64,000 bases of DNA from Candidatus Zhuqueibacterota bacterium (GTDB lineage: Bacteria; Zhuqueibacterota; Zhuqueibacteria; Residuimicrobiales; Krinioviventaceae). This document shows, in pieces, positions 31,301-39,522 of the stretch (position 1 is its first letter; each line of letters starts with the position of its first letter). A model generated the notes under the pieces. The model was not told the origin of the DNA and did not search any database. It saw only the letters and a list, made by a program, of their open reading frames with translations. The position numbers and the translations under genes were made by a program. The stretch lies in the NCBI GenBank assembly GCA_034521575.1, contig JAXHMJ010000002.1:1001089-1065088 (forward strand), in the 5' to 3' direction.

Positions 31301-31528
31301 AACACCTTATATTTATTAATGTTATGAAAGTCGACTTCAAAATTTTTGACGTAATGTCAAGTGTTTTTCTGTGTTATGTCATATTTTTTTGTATAATCTG
31401 AGCGTTGCAATTACCTAACCGGACGTTACTGAGTATAAACAATTAATCATATAAAATCAAGCAGATTCAATTCATTGCACAGCTATCATACAAAGAGAAA
31501 ATAACAAAAAAGATTTCAAGAGTCCCCT

Positions 31529-31564
31529 AAAAAGACGGGTCCTGTTGCTGTGAACAGGACCCGT
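31529..31564 (-). terminator. Rho-independent terminator of the encapsulin operon.
   Basis: On the minus strand the sequence is ACGGGTCCTGTT cacagc AACAGGACCCGT CTTTTT. It has a 12-bp perfect stem followed by a U-tract. Confidence 0.75.
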
Positions 31565-31575
31565 ACGGCTAAAAT

Positions 31576-32372
31576 TTATTCAAACACAACCACAGCTCTT
31601 GGGTTCAAATACCTGAAATGTAAAAGATTCAGTGTAAAACAACTCGACTTCTTTGCTGTCGTGTGAATGATATCCAAATTGACAAATCAGCGCCCAGCGT
31701 CAACTGAAAATCTTCGCCCCGCTGGGATACCAGAAATACATCGTCGACCTGTGGACTGAGTACAATCTGTCCTCCCAATATCTCTTCAAGCTGACGACGT
31801 ACCGGATAACCACCGGTATAGCTTGAGATTTGCTGCCATTTCTTCGGGTTGACAACCAATGTATAAGGGCCGCCGATTGAGGCATCTTCCAATACCCGAA
31901 TACCCCGAGTCACAACCGCCAGGGCTTCTTTTGCATCTTTGGGGAGTGAAAGCGGCTCGTTTTCCGAAGCTTCTTTCAACCCCTGAATCCGACCTTGTTT
32001 GAAACCGTAATAAATAGCTTGTTCTTCAAATTTTGCGGTGTTTTCAGCAGCTTTTTCCAGAGAATCAAGATCGACATCCCGGGCGCCGCGGATCAGATTA
32101 TCTATTTCCCAAATATTCAGTTTGAACGGCACACGAACTTCAGTCAAAGGAAGCATGCTGAACGTACCAAACTGGACTTGTTTATTGGATTGACCTTTCG
32201 GAATATCAAGACGTCCCAGCGGAATGGCGCCGAAATCCCATCCTTTGGGTCCATCCACATCTACAACTTTACGGGCAGACAGGTTATTTACCAGAACCGC
32301 GCGTGCGGTTTCATCTATTTCTTGCCATGCCTCATCCGTGAGAGGGGCTAATGACCGTTTTAGAATATCCAT
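31576..32372 (-). CDS. Family-1 encapsulin nanocompartment shell protein (Linocin_M18 fold). The 3' end carries two +1 frameshifts (about 31676 and 31595). The uncorrected ORF is 31629..32372.
   Basis: The sequence MDILKRSLAPLTDEAWQEIDETARAVLVNNLSARKVVDVDGPKGWDFGAIPLGRLD... matches the encapsulin N-terminus. After ...GADLSI the annotated frame reads WISFTRQQRSRVVLH*. Skipping one nucleotide at each of two sites instead gives GYHSHDSKEVELFYTESFTFQVFEPKAVVVFE*, which matches the conserved encapsulin C-terminus. Confidence 0.8.
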
Positions 32373-32392
32373 ATAAAAATCTCCTCGAATTT

Positions 32393-32749
32393 TTATGATA
32401 ATTTTCCAATACCCAAATCACTGCCTCCGGATGCTTTAGAGGCATCGTTACCGTTTTCTTCTTCCTCTTCAACTTTTGTAACATCCCGTCCTGTAAACAG
32501 GTATGTACGCAAATGTTCATCCCAGGCCGGGACATTCTGGCGCAGCCATTCCAGGGTCATACAGGCATGTTCGATTTCTTCATCGCGATTGTGTTCAACT
32601 ATATTTTTCAAATGATCATCATTGGTGGTTACAGCGCGTTGATTATACCAATCAACTGCTTCCACTTCTTCTTTAAGGCTATTAAGAGCACGGGTAATAT
32701 TTCGTGCTTGTTCTCCAAGTTCTTCAGGGGGTTCATGATAGTATGACAT
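32393..32749 (-). CDS. Encapsulated ferritin-like protein (EncFtn/Flp), the cargo, carrying a C-terminal encapsulin-targeting peptide.
   Basis: The protein is 118 aa. The ferritin-like helical core (E..H motifs: EEVEAVDWYNQRA...EEIEHACMTLEWL) is followed by an acidic linker and the terminal ...GGSDLGIGKLS*, which matches the GSLxIGxLK cargo-loading consensus. The gene lies 20 bp upstream of the shell gene. Confidence 0.8.
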   Translation of the reverse strand: MSYYHEPPEELGEQARNITRALNSLKEEVEAVDWYNQRAVTTNDDHLKNIVEHNRDEEIEHACMTLEWLRQNVPAWDEHLRTYLFTGRDVTKVEEEEENGNDASKASGGSDLGIGKLS

Positions 32750-32821
32750 AGTTTCTCCTTTTAATTGAATGAATATTTTGTCTTTATAACAAACCAGACC
32801 GCTGTTTTCATCCGCATTGAA

Positions 32822-33151
32822 TCAATTTTGATACAATAGAATAGAAACATTCTCAACGGTGACGAGTCCACCTTTCAGAGCATCCTGAATAATGGGCAAA
32901 AATGCATCAATTTTATCCGGCACATCAATCATTTCAATAACCAGGGGCAAATCTTCGGACAATCTCAAGATTTTTGCATTGTGAACTACGCTTGTGCGCC
33001 CATATCCCAACTGTCCCCGAAGTACAGTGGCTCCTGCAATATGCATTTCTCTGGCTTTATTTACAATCCATTCAAACAAGGGTTTTCCCTCATAGTGATC
33101 AGATTCCGCAATATAGATGCGCAGCAGTTGGCCTTTTTCAGGCAGCGGCAT
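32822..33151 (-). CDS. DUF190 (PII-like) protein of the kind commonly paired with CrcB.
   Basis: The protein is 109 aa. LLRIYIAESDHYEGKPLFEWIV...GATVLRGQLGYG matches the DUF190/PII-like fold. It lies 10 bp downstream of crcB. Confidence 0.7.
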   Translation of the reverse strand: MPLPEKGQLLRIYIAESDHYEGKPLFEWIVNKAREMHIAGATVLRGQLGYGRTSVVHNAKILRLSEDLPLVIEMIDVPDKIDAFLPIIQDALKGGLVTVENVSILLYQN

Positions 33152-33160
33152 ATGTTCTCC

Positions 33161-33553
33161 TTATATCAATCTAGACAAATACAGTCCTGTGTAAACCGCA
33201 AACAGCCCCAGTCCTGCCTGCACTCCGATGTTCAACGCCATCATCAACAATTGTCCATCCCGAAGCAACATTAAAGATTCGTAGGCAAACGTCGAAAACG
33301 TGGTAAAGCTTCCCAATCCACCGACCAATATCAACAACCGGATTTCCGGAGAAAACATTTGTTTCGAGTTGACCAAACCCATGAAAAATCCAATCAGCAG
33401 GCAACCGAGAATATTGACAAACAATGTGCCCCATGGGAAAAAAGACTGGGGAAAGCATTTCTGAATCCATCCACTGGAGAAATAGCGCAAGGCAGCGCCT
33501 AAAAATCCACCGGCTCCGATATATAATAATTTAATCCACACTATAAACTCCAC
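33161..33553 (-). CDS. crcB: Fluoride ion channel CrcB/FluC.
   Basis: The protein is 130 aa with 4 TM helices. Conserved blocks are GGFLGAALRY, GTLFVNILGCLLIGF and GGLGSFTTFSTF. Confidence 0.85.
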   Translation of the reverse strand: MEFIVWIKLLYIGAGGFLGAALRYFSSGWIQKCFPQSFFPWGTLFVNILGCLLIGFFMGLVNSKQMFSPEIRLLILVGGLGSFTTFSTFAYESLMLLRDGQLLMMALNIGVQAGLGLFAVYTGLYLSRLI

Positions 33554-33564
33554 AGCGCTGCAGC

Positions 33565-34459
33565 TTACAATTCCCAGTATTGGGTTTTTCCAAGAAACTC
33601 TTTTTCGAAATGGTTTTTCAAAATTTCAAACGCCTCATCCACATGATCCACGACATCAAACAAGTTTAAATCATCGCGTGATACGACCCCCCAATCGACG
33701 AGTCCCTGAAAATTAATAATTTTCTCCCAAAACTCTTTGCCGTAGATAATTACTTTGATCGACTTTTTCACCTTTTTGGTTTGCAGCAGGGTCAACAGTT
33801 CAAACAGTTCATCCATCGTACCGAATCCACCCGGAAACACAATCAGGGCTTTGGCAAGATAAACAAACCAGAATTTACGCATGAAGAAATAGTGATACTC
33901 AAAGGATAAATTTTCTGAAATATAGGCATTGGGAAACTGTTCAAACGGCAGACTGATATTCATACCAATGGTTGGGCCGCCTGCATCGGCAGCGCCGCGG
34001 TTCGCAGCTTCCATGATTCCCGGACCGCCCCCGGAACAGACAATAAACCTTTTTTTCTCAGCCAGTTGCATAGACCACTCGGTTAAACGCTTTGCCAGCG
34101 CTCTGGCTTCATCATAGTATCGGGATATTTTCAACTCCCTCTCGGCTCTTTGAAGTCTCCTCCGGTTCAGCGCCTTTTTCACGCAGAGTTTTCAGGTTAT
34201 CTGCAGCTTCTTGAGAAGAAACAAGCCGGGCTGACCCATAAAAAACCACCGTGTCTTTGATATCAAAATGACTGAGCCTGCTTTCTGTCTCAAGGTATTC
34301 CGCAAGCATCCGAATCACCCGGGCGTCATTGCTGTTCAGAAATTCACTGTTATGATAAGCACGTGTTAAATGCGGTTTTTTAAAGGAACGGCTTCTTCCG
34401 ATGCGTTTAAACGGACTCTCTTTTTTATGTGGTGAATAAACATCCCGTTCATTGTACAT
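33565..34459 (-). CDS. LOG-family (type II, TIGR00730 Rossmann-fold) nucleotide 5'-monophosphate nucleosidase. The gene is split by a -1 frameshift near 34150-34185.
   Basis: The N-terminal ORF 34112..34459 contains ...DTVVFYGSARL... The C-terminal ORF 33565..34182 contains ...RFIVCSGGGPGIMEAANRGA...GGFGTMDELFE. Together they form one LOG-type protein. The junction lies in an A5 run. Confidence 0.7.
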
Positions 34460-34466
34460 AATGATT

Positions 34467-35225
34467 TTATCCTTTTGTTAATTGTCGGTCAAGCCAGATC
34501 AGAGACTGTCGGATAACCTGATGTCGGTGACGCGGTATAGAAAATGTATGTATCGCCTGGGGCAGTTCCATAAAATCGCATGGAGGTTTGGCGATCTGAC
34601 GCAGTGCATGAAACCCCTGCACAAACATTGGTGCATCCTGCATACCCTGAGCTACAAATGTGGAAAGGTTCAGTTCAGAGAACGCCGATTTAATATCATA
34701 TTTCAGAACATCCGGGACAAAATCAGCTTCCAGCTCCCAGTGATCAAAGCTTATGATTCTGTTTTCAATCGTTGTTTCAGGATCAACATGCATTCGCTCT
34801 GTCAGCAATTTCCGCGTATCTGTTACAGGAGACCACAGTATAAGCGCATCTATCGGCAATTCATTTGCGCATAGTATGGCGGCGGCGGCGCCCAAACTCA
34901 TCCCTAAAACAGCAATCTGTTTGTACTTTATATTTCGAAGAAAAGAAACAGCATCACGAATGTTATCGATGTTGTGTGACAATCGGGTTTGTCGAAAATC
35001 TCCCTCGCTGTCACCGGAACCGTAAAAATCATAACGAAGCACATCATAGTTTTCTTCGGAAAACGCCCGTGCAGTATGAACAAACAAACGATGGTCTTCG
35101 ACTTTGTCACCGGTAAGCCCGTGACACAAAAGCAAAGACCGCTGCTGTCCTGATGTATGATGCACGCCCATGATCTGATGGCCTTGACTTTTAAAAATCA
35201 CAGGCAGTTCCTGAACCGGTGTCAT
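34467..35225 (-). CDS. Alpha/beta-fold hydrolase.
   Basis: The protein is 252 aa. Blocks are HGLTGDK, the nucleophile elbow GMSLGA, and a C-terminal His. Confidence 0.7.
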   Translation of the reverse strand: MTPVQELPVIFKSQGHQIMGVHHTSGQQRSLLLCHGLTGDKVEDHRLFVHTARAFSEENYDVLRYDFYGSGDSEGDFRQTRLSHNIDNIRDAVSFLRNIKYKQIAVLGMSLGAAAAILCANELPIDALILWSPVTDTRKLLTERMHVDPETTIENRIISFDHWELEADFVPDVLKYDIKSAFSELNLSTFVAQGMQDAPMFVQGFHALRQIAKPPCDFMELPQAIHTFSIPRHRHQVIRQSLIWLDRQLTKG

Positions 35226-35233
35226 AAAATCCT

Positions 35234-35962
35234 CTAAATTTTACCGAACAGGCTCATAAATTTCAGCTTCCATACCATCCAAACCGCTTCCCAGACGATT
35301 TTTCGCGACATTTTAGAAGTCCCGGCCCGGCGGTCTATAAAAATAATAGGAACTTCACCCAGAGTAAATCCTTTTTTCCAGGCTTTGAAATTGAGCTCGA
35401 TCTGAAAAGAATATCCGTCAGACTGTACCTGATCCAGATTTAGATTCTGCAATACTTCCCGTCTGAAGCATTTGAATCCGCTTGTGCAATCCTTGACAGG
35501 TAATCCTGTAACCAGTTTTGTATACAGACTGGCTCCCATACTGAGTATCAATCGCGAAAGCGGCCAGTTGACAACATTCACACCGTGGATATAGCGGGAT
35601 CCCAACACAATATCATAGGTCTGACTGGCCTTGAGCAGATTGGAGAGTTCGGCTGGATCGTGCGAAAAATCCGCGTCCATCTCAATAACGCGATCATAGC
35701 CGTGTTCCAACGCATATTTAAAACCGCGGACATAGGCAGTCCCCAGGCCGGATTTTGTCGGACGTTTGATGAGTTTAACCCGGGATTGTGGACCCGCTAT
35801 TTCCTCTACAATCCCTCCGGTTCCGTCCGGGGAATTGTCGTCAATGACCAAAACATCCAGTCCGTCTATTTTCTGTCTGAGAATCGCTTCAATAATCTTT
35901 AAAATATTCTCAGACTCGTTATATGTGGGAATAATTACCAGGGATTTCACCGATTTCTCCAT
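35234..35962 (-). CDS. GT2 polyprenol-phosphate glycosyltransferase (Dpm1/GtrB-like polyprenol monophosphomannose/glucose synthase).
   Basis: The protein is 242 aa. Blocks IIPTYNESENI, VIDDNSPDGT, DADFSHDP and GFKCFRREVL match Dpm1-type GT2 enzymes. Confidence 0.8.
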   Translation of the reverse strand: MEKSVKSLVIIPTYNESENILKIIEAILRQKIDGLDVLVIDDNSPDGTGGIVEEIAGPQSRVKLIKRPTKSGLGTAYVRGFKYALEHGYDRVIEMDADFSHDPAELSNLLKASQTYDIVLGSRYIHGVNVVNWPLSRLILSMGASLYTKLVTGLPVKDCTSGFKCFRREVLQNLNLDQVQSDGYSFQIELNFKAWKKGFTLGEVPIIFIDRRAGTSKMSRKIVWEAVWMVWKLKFMSLFGKI

Positions 35963-36859
35963 TTAAAGATTTAAATGATCCTTGAGTATTCTCAGGCTCT
36001 CACGGTTATCCAAAAGTAAAAGTCCGAGTTCAGTTATTGCCTTGTCCACAACAAGACCGGAGTTTAGCGGCCGCGGTGCTTTTTGTCCGAGTTCCGGGGT
36101 TGATATCGCAGTCATAAGCCGTAAATCCAGATCAAATACCTCGCAAATCTGCCGGGCAAATTCAAGGCGGCTGTTGATTTCTTTCCCGGCTATATTCAGA
36201 ATACCTGTATATCGTTGTTCAATAACACGCCAAATATTTTCGGCGAGATTGTCGTTCAGTGTGGCATTCCCAATCTGATCATTTACAATCTTTACCCTGC
36301 GGCCGGCTTTGAGTTCACCGATCAACCATTGAACAAAATCGGGTCGCTGGTTTTTAGACGTACCATACAGCACCATCGTTCGAATTATGGTCGACTCTAC
36401 AGGCGCACCGCGAAGAACATTCTCAGCTGCCAGCTTGGATTTGCCGTAATAACCAAGAGGATTCGGCGTCGCATCCTCTGTATAGGGTCCGTTTTTCCCG
36501 TCAAAAATATAATCGCTCGAAATTTGCAGGATACGGCTGCGGGTTTTTCTGGCAGCATAAGCCAGATTTTCTGCCGCCTCAACATTGACAGTCCAACAGA
36601 GTTCACGCTCTACCTCTGCCCTGTCCACATGTGTATAAGCAGCGCAGTTTATAATCCAGTCCGGAGAAAAAGCATCAAGAACATCAAAGGTTTTTCCACG
36701 GTCTGTAAGATCACAGGACACATAGTTGGGCTGTGTCAGAGGCTGTGGAGATTCCGGAAGATCGATACAAAGCAGCTCTTTGTTATCAGGTGTGGAATGT
36801 AAGAGCCGTTGTCCCAATAGTCCCAGGCTTCCGGCTATTGCAATTTTTTCCATAATCAT
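35963..36859 (-). CDS. rfbD: dTDP-4-dehydrorhamnose reductase (RmlD/RfbD family NAD(P)-dependent reductase).
   Basis: The 298-aa protein has the RmlD substrate-binding-domain blocks GSLGLLG, INCAAYTHVDRAE and YGKSKLAAE. Confidence 0.7.
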   Translation of the reverse strand: MIMEKIAIAGSLGLLGQRLLHSTPDNKELLCIDLPESPQPLTQPNYVSCDLTDRGKTFDVLDAFSPDWIINCAAYTHVDRAEVERELCWTVNVEAAENLAYAARKTRSRILQISSDYIFDGKNGPYTEDATPNPLGYYGKSKLAAENVLRGAPVESTIIRTMVLYGTSKNQRPDFVQWLIGELKAGRRVKIVNDQIGNATLNDNLAENIWRVIEQRYTGILNIAGKEINSRLEFARQICEVFDLDLRLMTAISTPELGQKAPRPLNSGLVVDKAITELGLLLLDNRESLRILKDHLNL

Positions 36860-36862
36860 TGT

Positions 36863-37321
36863 CTATAGTTTACACTGGTTAGCGCGGAACTGATCAAGCT
36901 TTTCCTGAATTGACGGATTTGCAGCGGCGAATATCTGAGCAGCATAAATGGCTGCATTCACAGCTCCTGATTTTCCAATAGCCATGGTCGCAACCGGAAT
37001 ACCGCGGGGCATCTGTACAATGCTGTAAAGCGCATCCAGTCCATTCAGGGCGGATCCACCGAGCGGAACGCCTATAACCGGCACAGTGGTATGACTTGCA
37101 ATGACCCCCGGCAAATGTGCAGCCATTCCGGCGCCGGCAATAATCAGAGCGTAACCGTTTTTCGCGGCGTTTTTTGCAAATTCCGCCGTATCATCCGGCG
37201 TTCTATGAGCGGACATCACAAAGGTATCAAACTCGATATCAAAATAGGCAAGATATTCGTGAGCATGCTGCATAATTTTTTCATCCGAAGTACTACCCAT
37301 AATAATGGCAACTTTTGGCAT
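36863..37321 (-). CDS. purE: 5-(carboxyamino)imidazole ribonucleotide mutase PurE.
   Basis: RBS GGAGG is followed by ATG 37321. The sequence MPKVAIIMGSTSD...IIAGAGMAAHLPGVIASHTTVPVIGVP is the PurE signature. Confidence 0.85.
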   Translation of the reverse strand: MPKVAIIMGSTSDEKIMQHAHEYLAYFDIEFDTFVMSAHRTPDDTAEFAKNAAKNGYALIIAGAGMAAHLPGVIASHTTVPVIGVPLGGSALNGLDALYSIVQMPRGIPVATMAIGKSGAVNAAIYAAQIFAAANPSIQEKLDQFRANQCKL

Positions 37322-37386
37322 CCACGCCTCCATTGTATTTAAACGTTCACAAAGCAGTATCCGGTCTTCCGGACACCCTTTACTGT

Positions 37387-38418
37387 TTATTTAGTTTGCG
37401 TTTTGAATGTCCTGGCCATCACATCCAACTGGCGCAGGTAGGGCAATTTTTTGTCGCCCGGCGCAAAGACCGCCATATCCACAAGATAAAGGCGCTGAGC
37501 ATCAGGATCATAAAACCCATAACTTTTAAAAGGGCCGCCTGCCGGTCTCGTTTTTTTGTCATTTTGCCAAACACCGGTCAATTGAATAGCCGGAAAACCA
37601 CAAAAATCGACTTCGCGCACCGTGAGGTCTATTTTATCCGTCACATAATCACCATCGTAATAGGGATCAGAAATATCAGCCCGGCGCTGCAACATCCAGG
37701 ATTTGCTCAATTCATAGGGATCTTCACTGGGTTCGTAGTAAACAGAAATCCAGCGCTGCGGGTCCAGTCGTTCAAGCAGGGTCAGCCGTTCTTTGAGAGA
37801 ATCCACGACTATAAAAAAGTCCGGCTGAACCCGTAGACTCCAGCCATGTTCTTTCATAAAGCGTTCTGAAAGTTCTTTTTTCTCCATGTGACGGAACAAG
37901 TTGGTTTTAACCCGTTCATTGACAAAATCATTGAATATATCAAATAATTGATCACTGTTGGCCTGTAAATCCTGTTGCAAATCCTCAACATTATTGGAAA
38001 CAGCCACAACAAGCATTTGATTGGTGGACCAGGCATCCCGTTTGTTAAATAAAAAGGCGTTATTCTGAATTACCTGCTCGCGCGAACTTTCTGACAGCAG
38101 ATTATCAACATATTCTTTCACCTCTCCTTCTGCGTCAAGAGTGCCAAGCAGTAAGATGTTCGGAACCCGGGAGAGGCGTCCCAGTTGATCAGGATTTCTC
38201 TGCAAAAAGGAAAAAACAGCTTCAGGTTGCGGAGTAAATATTTTACGCGCCAGAACATCACGAACCTCATCCTGCACCTTTAGCCACAGAGTGGAATCCG
38301 CCACCACAATAACCTTGTTTATATTGCCGAGCGATGGGCGTTTTTCTCCGCACGAAGAATACAAGCCGATAATCATCAACACGGTGAGCAGCAAAACAGC
38401 TGTTCGTTTTAGCCTCAT
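37387..38418 (-). CDS. DUF4837-family lipoprotein.
   Basis: The lipoprotein signal is MRLKRTAVLLLTVLMIIGLYSSC. The roughly 340-aa soluble domain is of a kind common in Bacteroidota-like genomes. Confidence 0.55.
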   Translation of the reverse strand: MRLKRTAVLLLTVLMIIGLYSSCGEKRPSLGNINKVIVVADSTLWLKVQDEVRDVLARKIFTPQPEAVFSFLQRNPDQLGRLSRVPNILLLGTLDAEGEVKEYVDNLLSESSREQVIQNNAFLFNKRDAWSTNQMLVVAVSNNVEDLQQDLQANSDQLFDIFNDFVNERVKTNLFRHMEKKELSERFMKEHGWSLRVQPDFFIVVDSLKERLTLLERLDPQRWISVYYEPSEDPYELSKSWMLQRRADISDPYYDGDYVTDKIDLTVREVDFCGFPAIQLTGVWQNDKKTRPAGGPFKSYGFYDPDAQRLYLVDMAVFAPGDKKLPYLRQLDVMARTFKTQTK

Positions 38419-38479
38419 ATTTACCTCCATTGTCATTTAATGTTCTATCCTATAAAACGGATAAAACCCTGCATTTCTT

Positions 38480-39487
38480 TCAGGATTTTGCGGAAAACCC
38501 TTTGCACGTTTCCTTTCGAAATGCAAACAGGATGCCGCCGGGTACTGTGGCAATAATTGCAACAAGATAAGCAAGAAATTCGAATGATACCACCTGTGAA
38601 GCGGCGACACCAATACTGGCAAACATAGATACACCGCTCTGTTCCCGAACCCCGATCCCCCCCATAGAAATGGGGAGACTGGCAGCCATCGCGATAATGG
38701 GAACAAACATAAAAAAGAACATAACATTGGTTTCTACCCCCACAGCGCGGGCAGCCCAAAAATGGACAATTACACGCAGCGCCTGCACACAGAGGGAAAC
38801 CACCAAAACCTTGGTCATCAGACCTTTTTTATGACGAAAATAATTAATCGCTTTGTAAACATCGCGTGTTTTATTAAACACGACAGACGGTATAAAGTGT
38901 TTCACATGTTTTATTAAAAAACGGGCAGCCTTTTCATTGAATAAAAGATACAGGCCTAACAGCCAGGCTGCCATAATAATGGCAATAAAATAAACAGTAT
39001 TCACAACCGTTAAAAGCTGAATACCGATGAGCGCAACAATCAAAGCCATCGAAGTAAGAGACAAAAAGCCGATAAATCTGTCAAATATTACAGTAGAAAG
39101 AGCGGCTGTTGAATTGCCGGATGTTTTTGTAATATCATAGATGCGAAAGGCATCACCGCCGACATAACCGAGTAAAAAATTATTAAAAAAAAGGCCGACA
39201 TGATAGTATGACAGGACCTGTCTAAACCGAACCGCAATATCCTGTGAACGCAGCAGGAGAAACCACTGAAATGAACCCATTATATTGCTCACTGCAAAAC
39301 ACACAATACCAATCAGGACATACCACCAATTTGCATGTCTTAACCTGAACAAGATTGAATCCAGGCCAATGCGGTTAAGGATAATAGCAACAAGTGCGGC
39401 ACTGATCGTAAACTTTAGAATGGTTATGAGCAAATTTCGTTTCGGTCGTGCTTTGGATTCCAAGATATTCCAATTCCTTTCAGACAT
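38480..39487 (-). CDS. Flippase-like membrane protein (lysylphosphatidylglycerol-synthase TM-domain / UPF0104 family).
   Basis: The protein is 335 aa with about 8 TM helices. The start KRNLLITILKFTISAALVAIILNRIGLD is typical of UPF0104 proteins. The gene lies between the GT-C and GT2 genes. Confidence 0.6.
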   Translation of the reverse strand: MSERNWNILESKARPKRNLLITILKFTISAALVAIILNRIGLDSILFRLRHANWWYVLIGIVCFAVSNIMGSFQWFLLLRSQDIAVRFRQVLSYYHVGLFFNNFLLGYVGGDAFRIYDITKTSGNSTAALSTVIFDRFIGFLSLTSMALIVALIGIQLLTVVNTVYFIAIIMAAWLLGLYLLFNEKAARFLIKHVKHFIPSVVFNKTRDVYKAINYFRHKKGLMTKVLVVSLCVQALRVIVHFWAARAVGVETNVMFFFMFVPIIAMAASLPISMGGIGVREQSGVSMFASIGVAASQVVSFEFLAYLVAIIATVPGGILFAFRKETCKGFSAKS

Positions 39488-39522
39488 GCCCTCCCCTCTG
39501 AATCAGAGGGGAGGATTTTCTG

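Larger units (their letters stand above)
30122..31431 (-). mobile_element. IS4-like insertion sequence, 1310 bp, with 19-bp perfect terminal inverted repeats and a 9-bp target-site duplication.
   Basis: The left inverted repeat is CAGTAACGTCCGGTTAGGT at 30122-30140. The right one, at 31413-31431, is its exact reverse complement. AGTATAAAC is directly repeated at 30113-30121 and 31432-31440. Inside, a DDE transposase is split into orfA and orfB. Confidence 0.85.

Noticed and set aside
31590-31615. A tRNA-like T-arm sequence (GGGTTCAAATACC)
   Set aside because: It lies inside the encapsulin 3' coding region. There is no acceptor-stem complement, and it deviates from the GGTTCGAATCC consensus.
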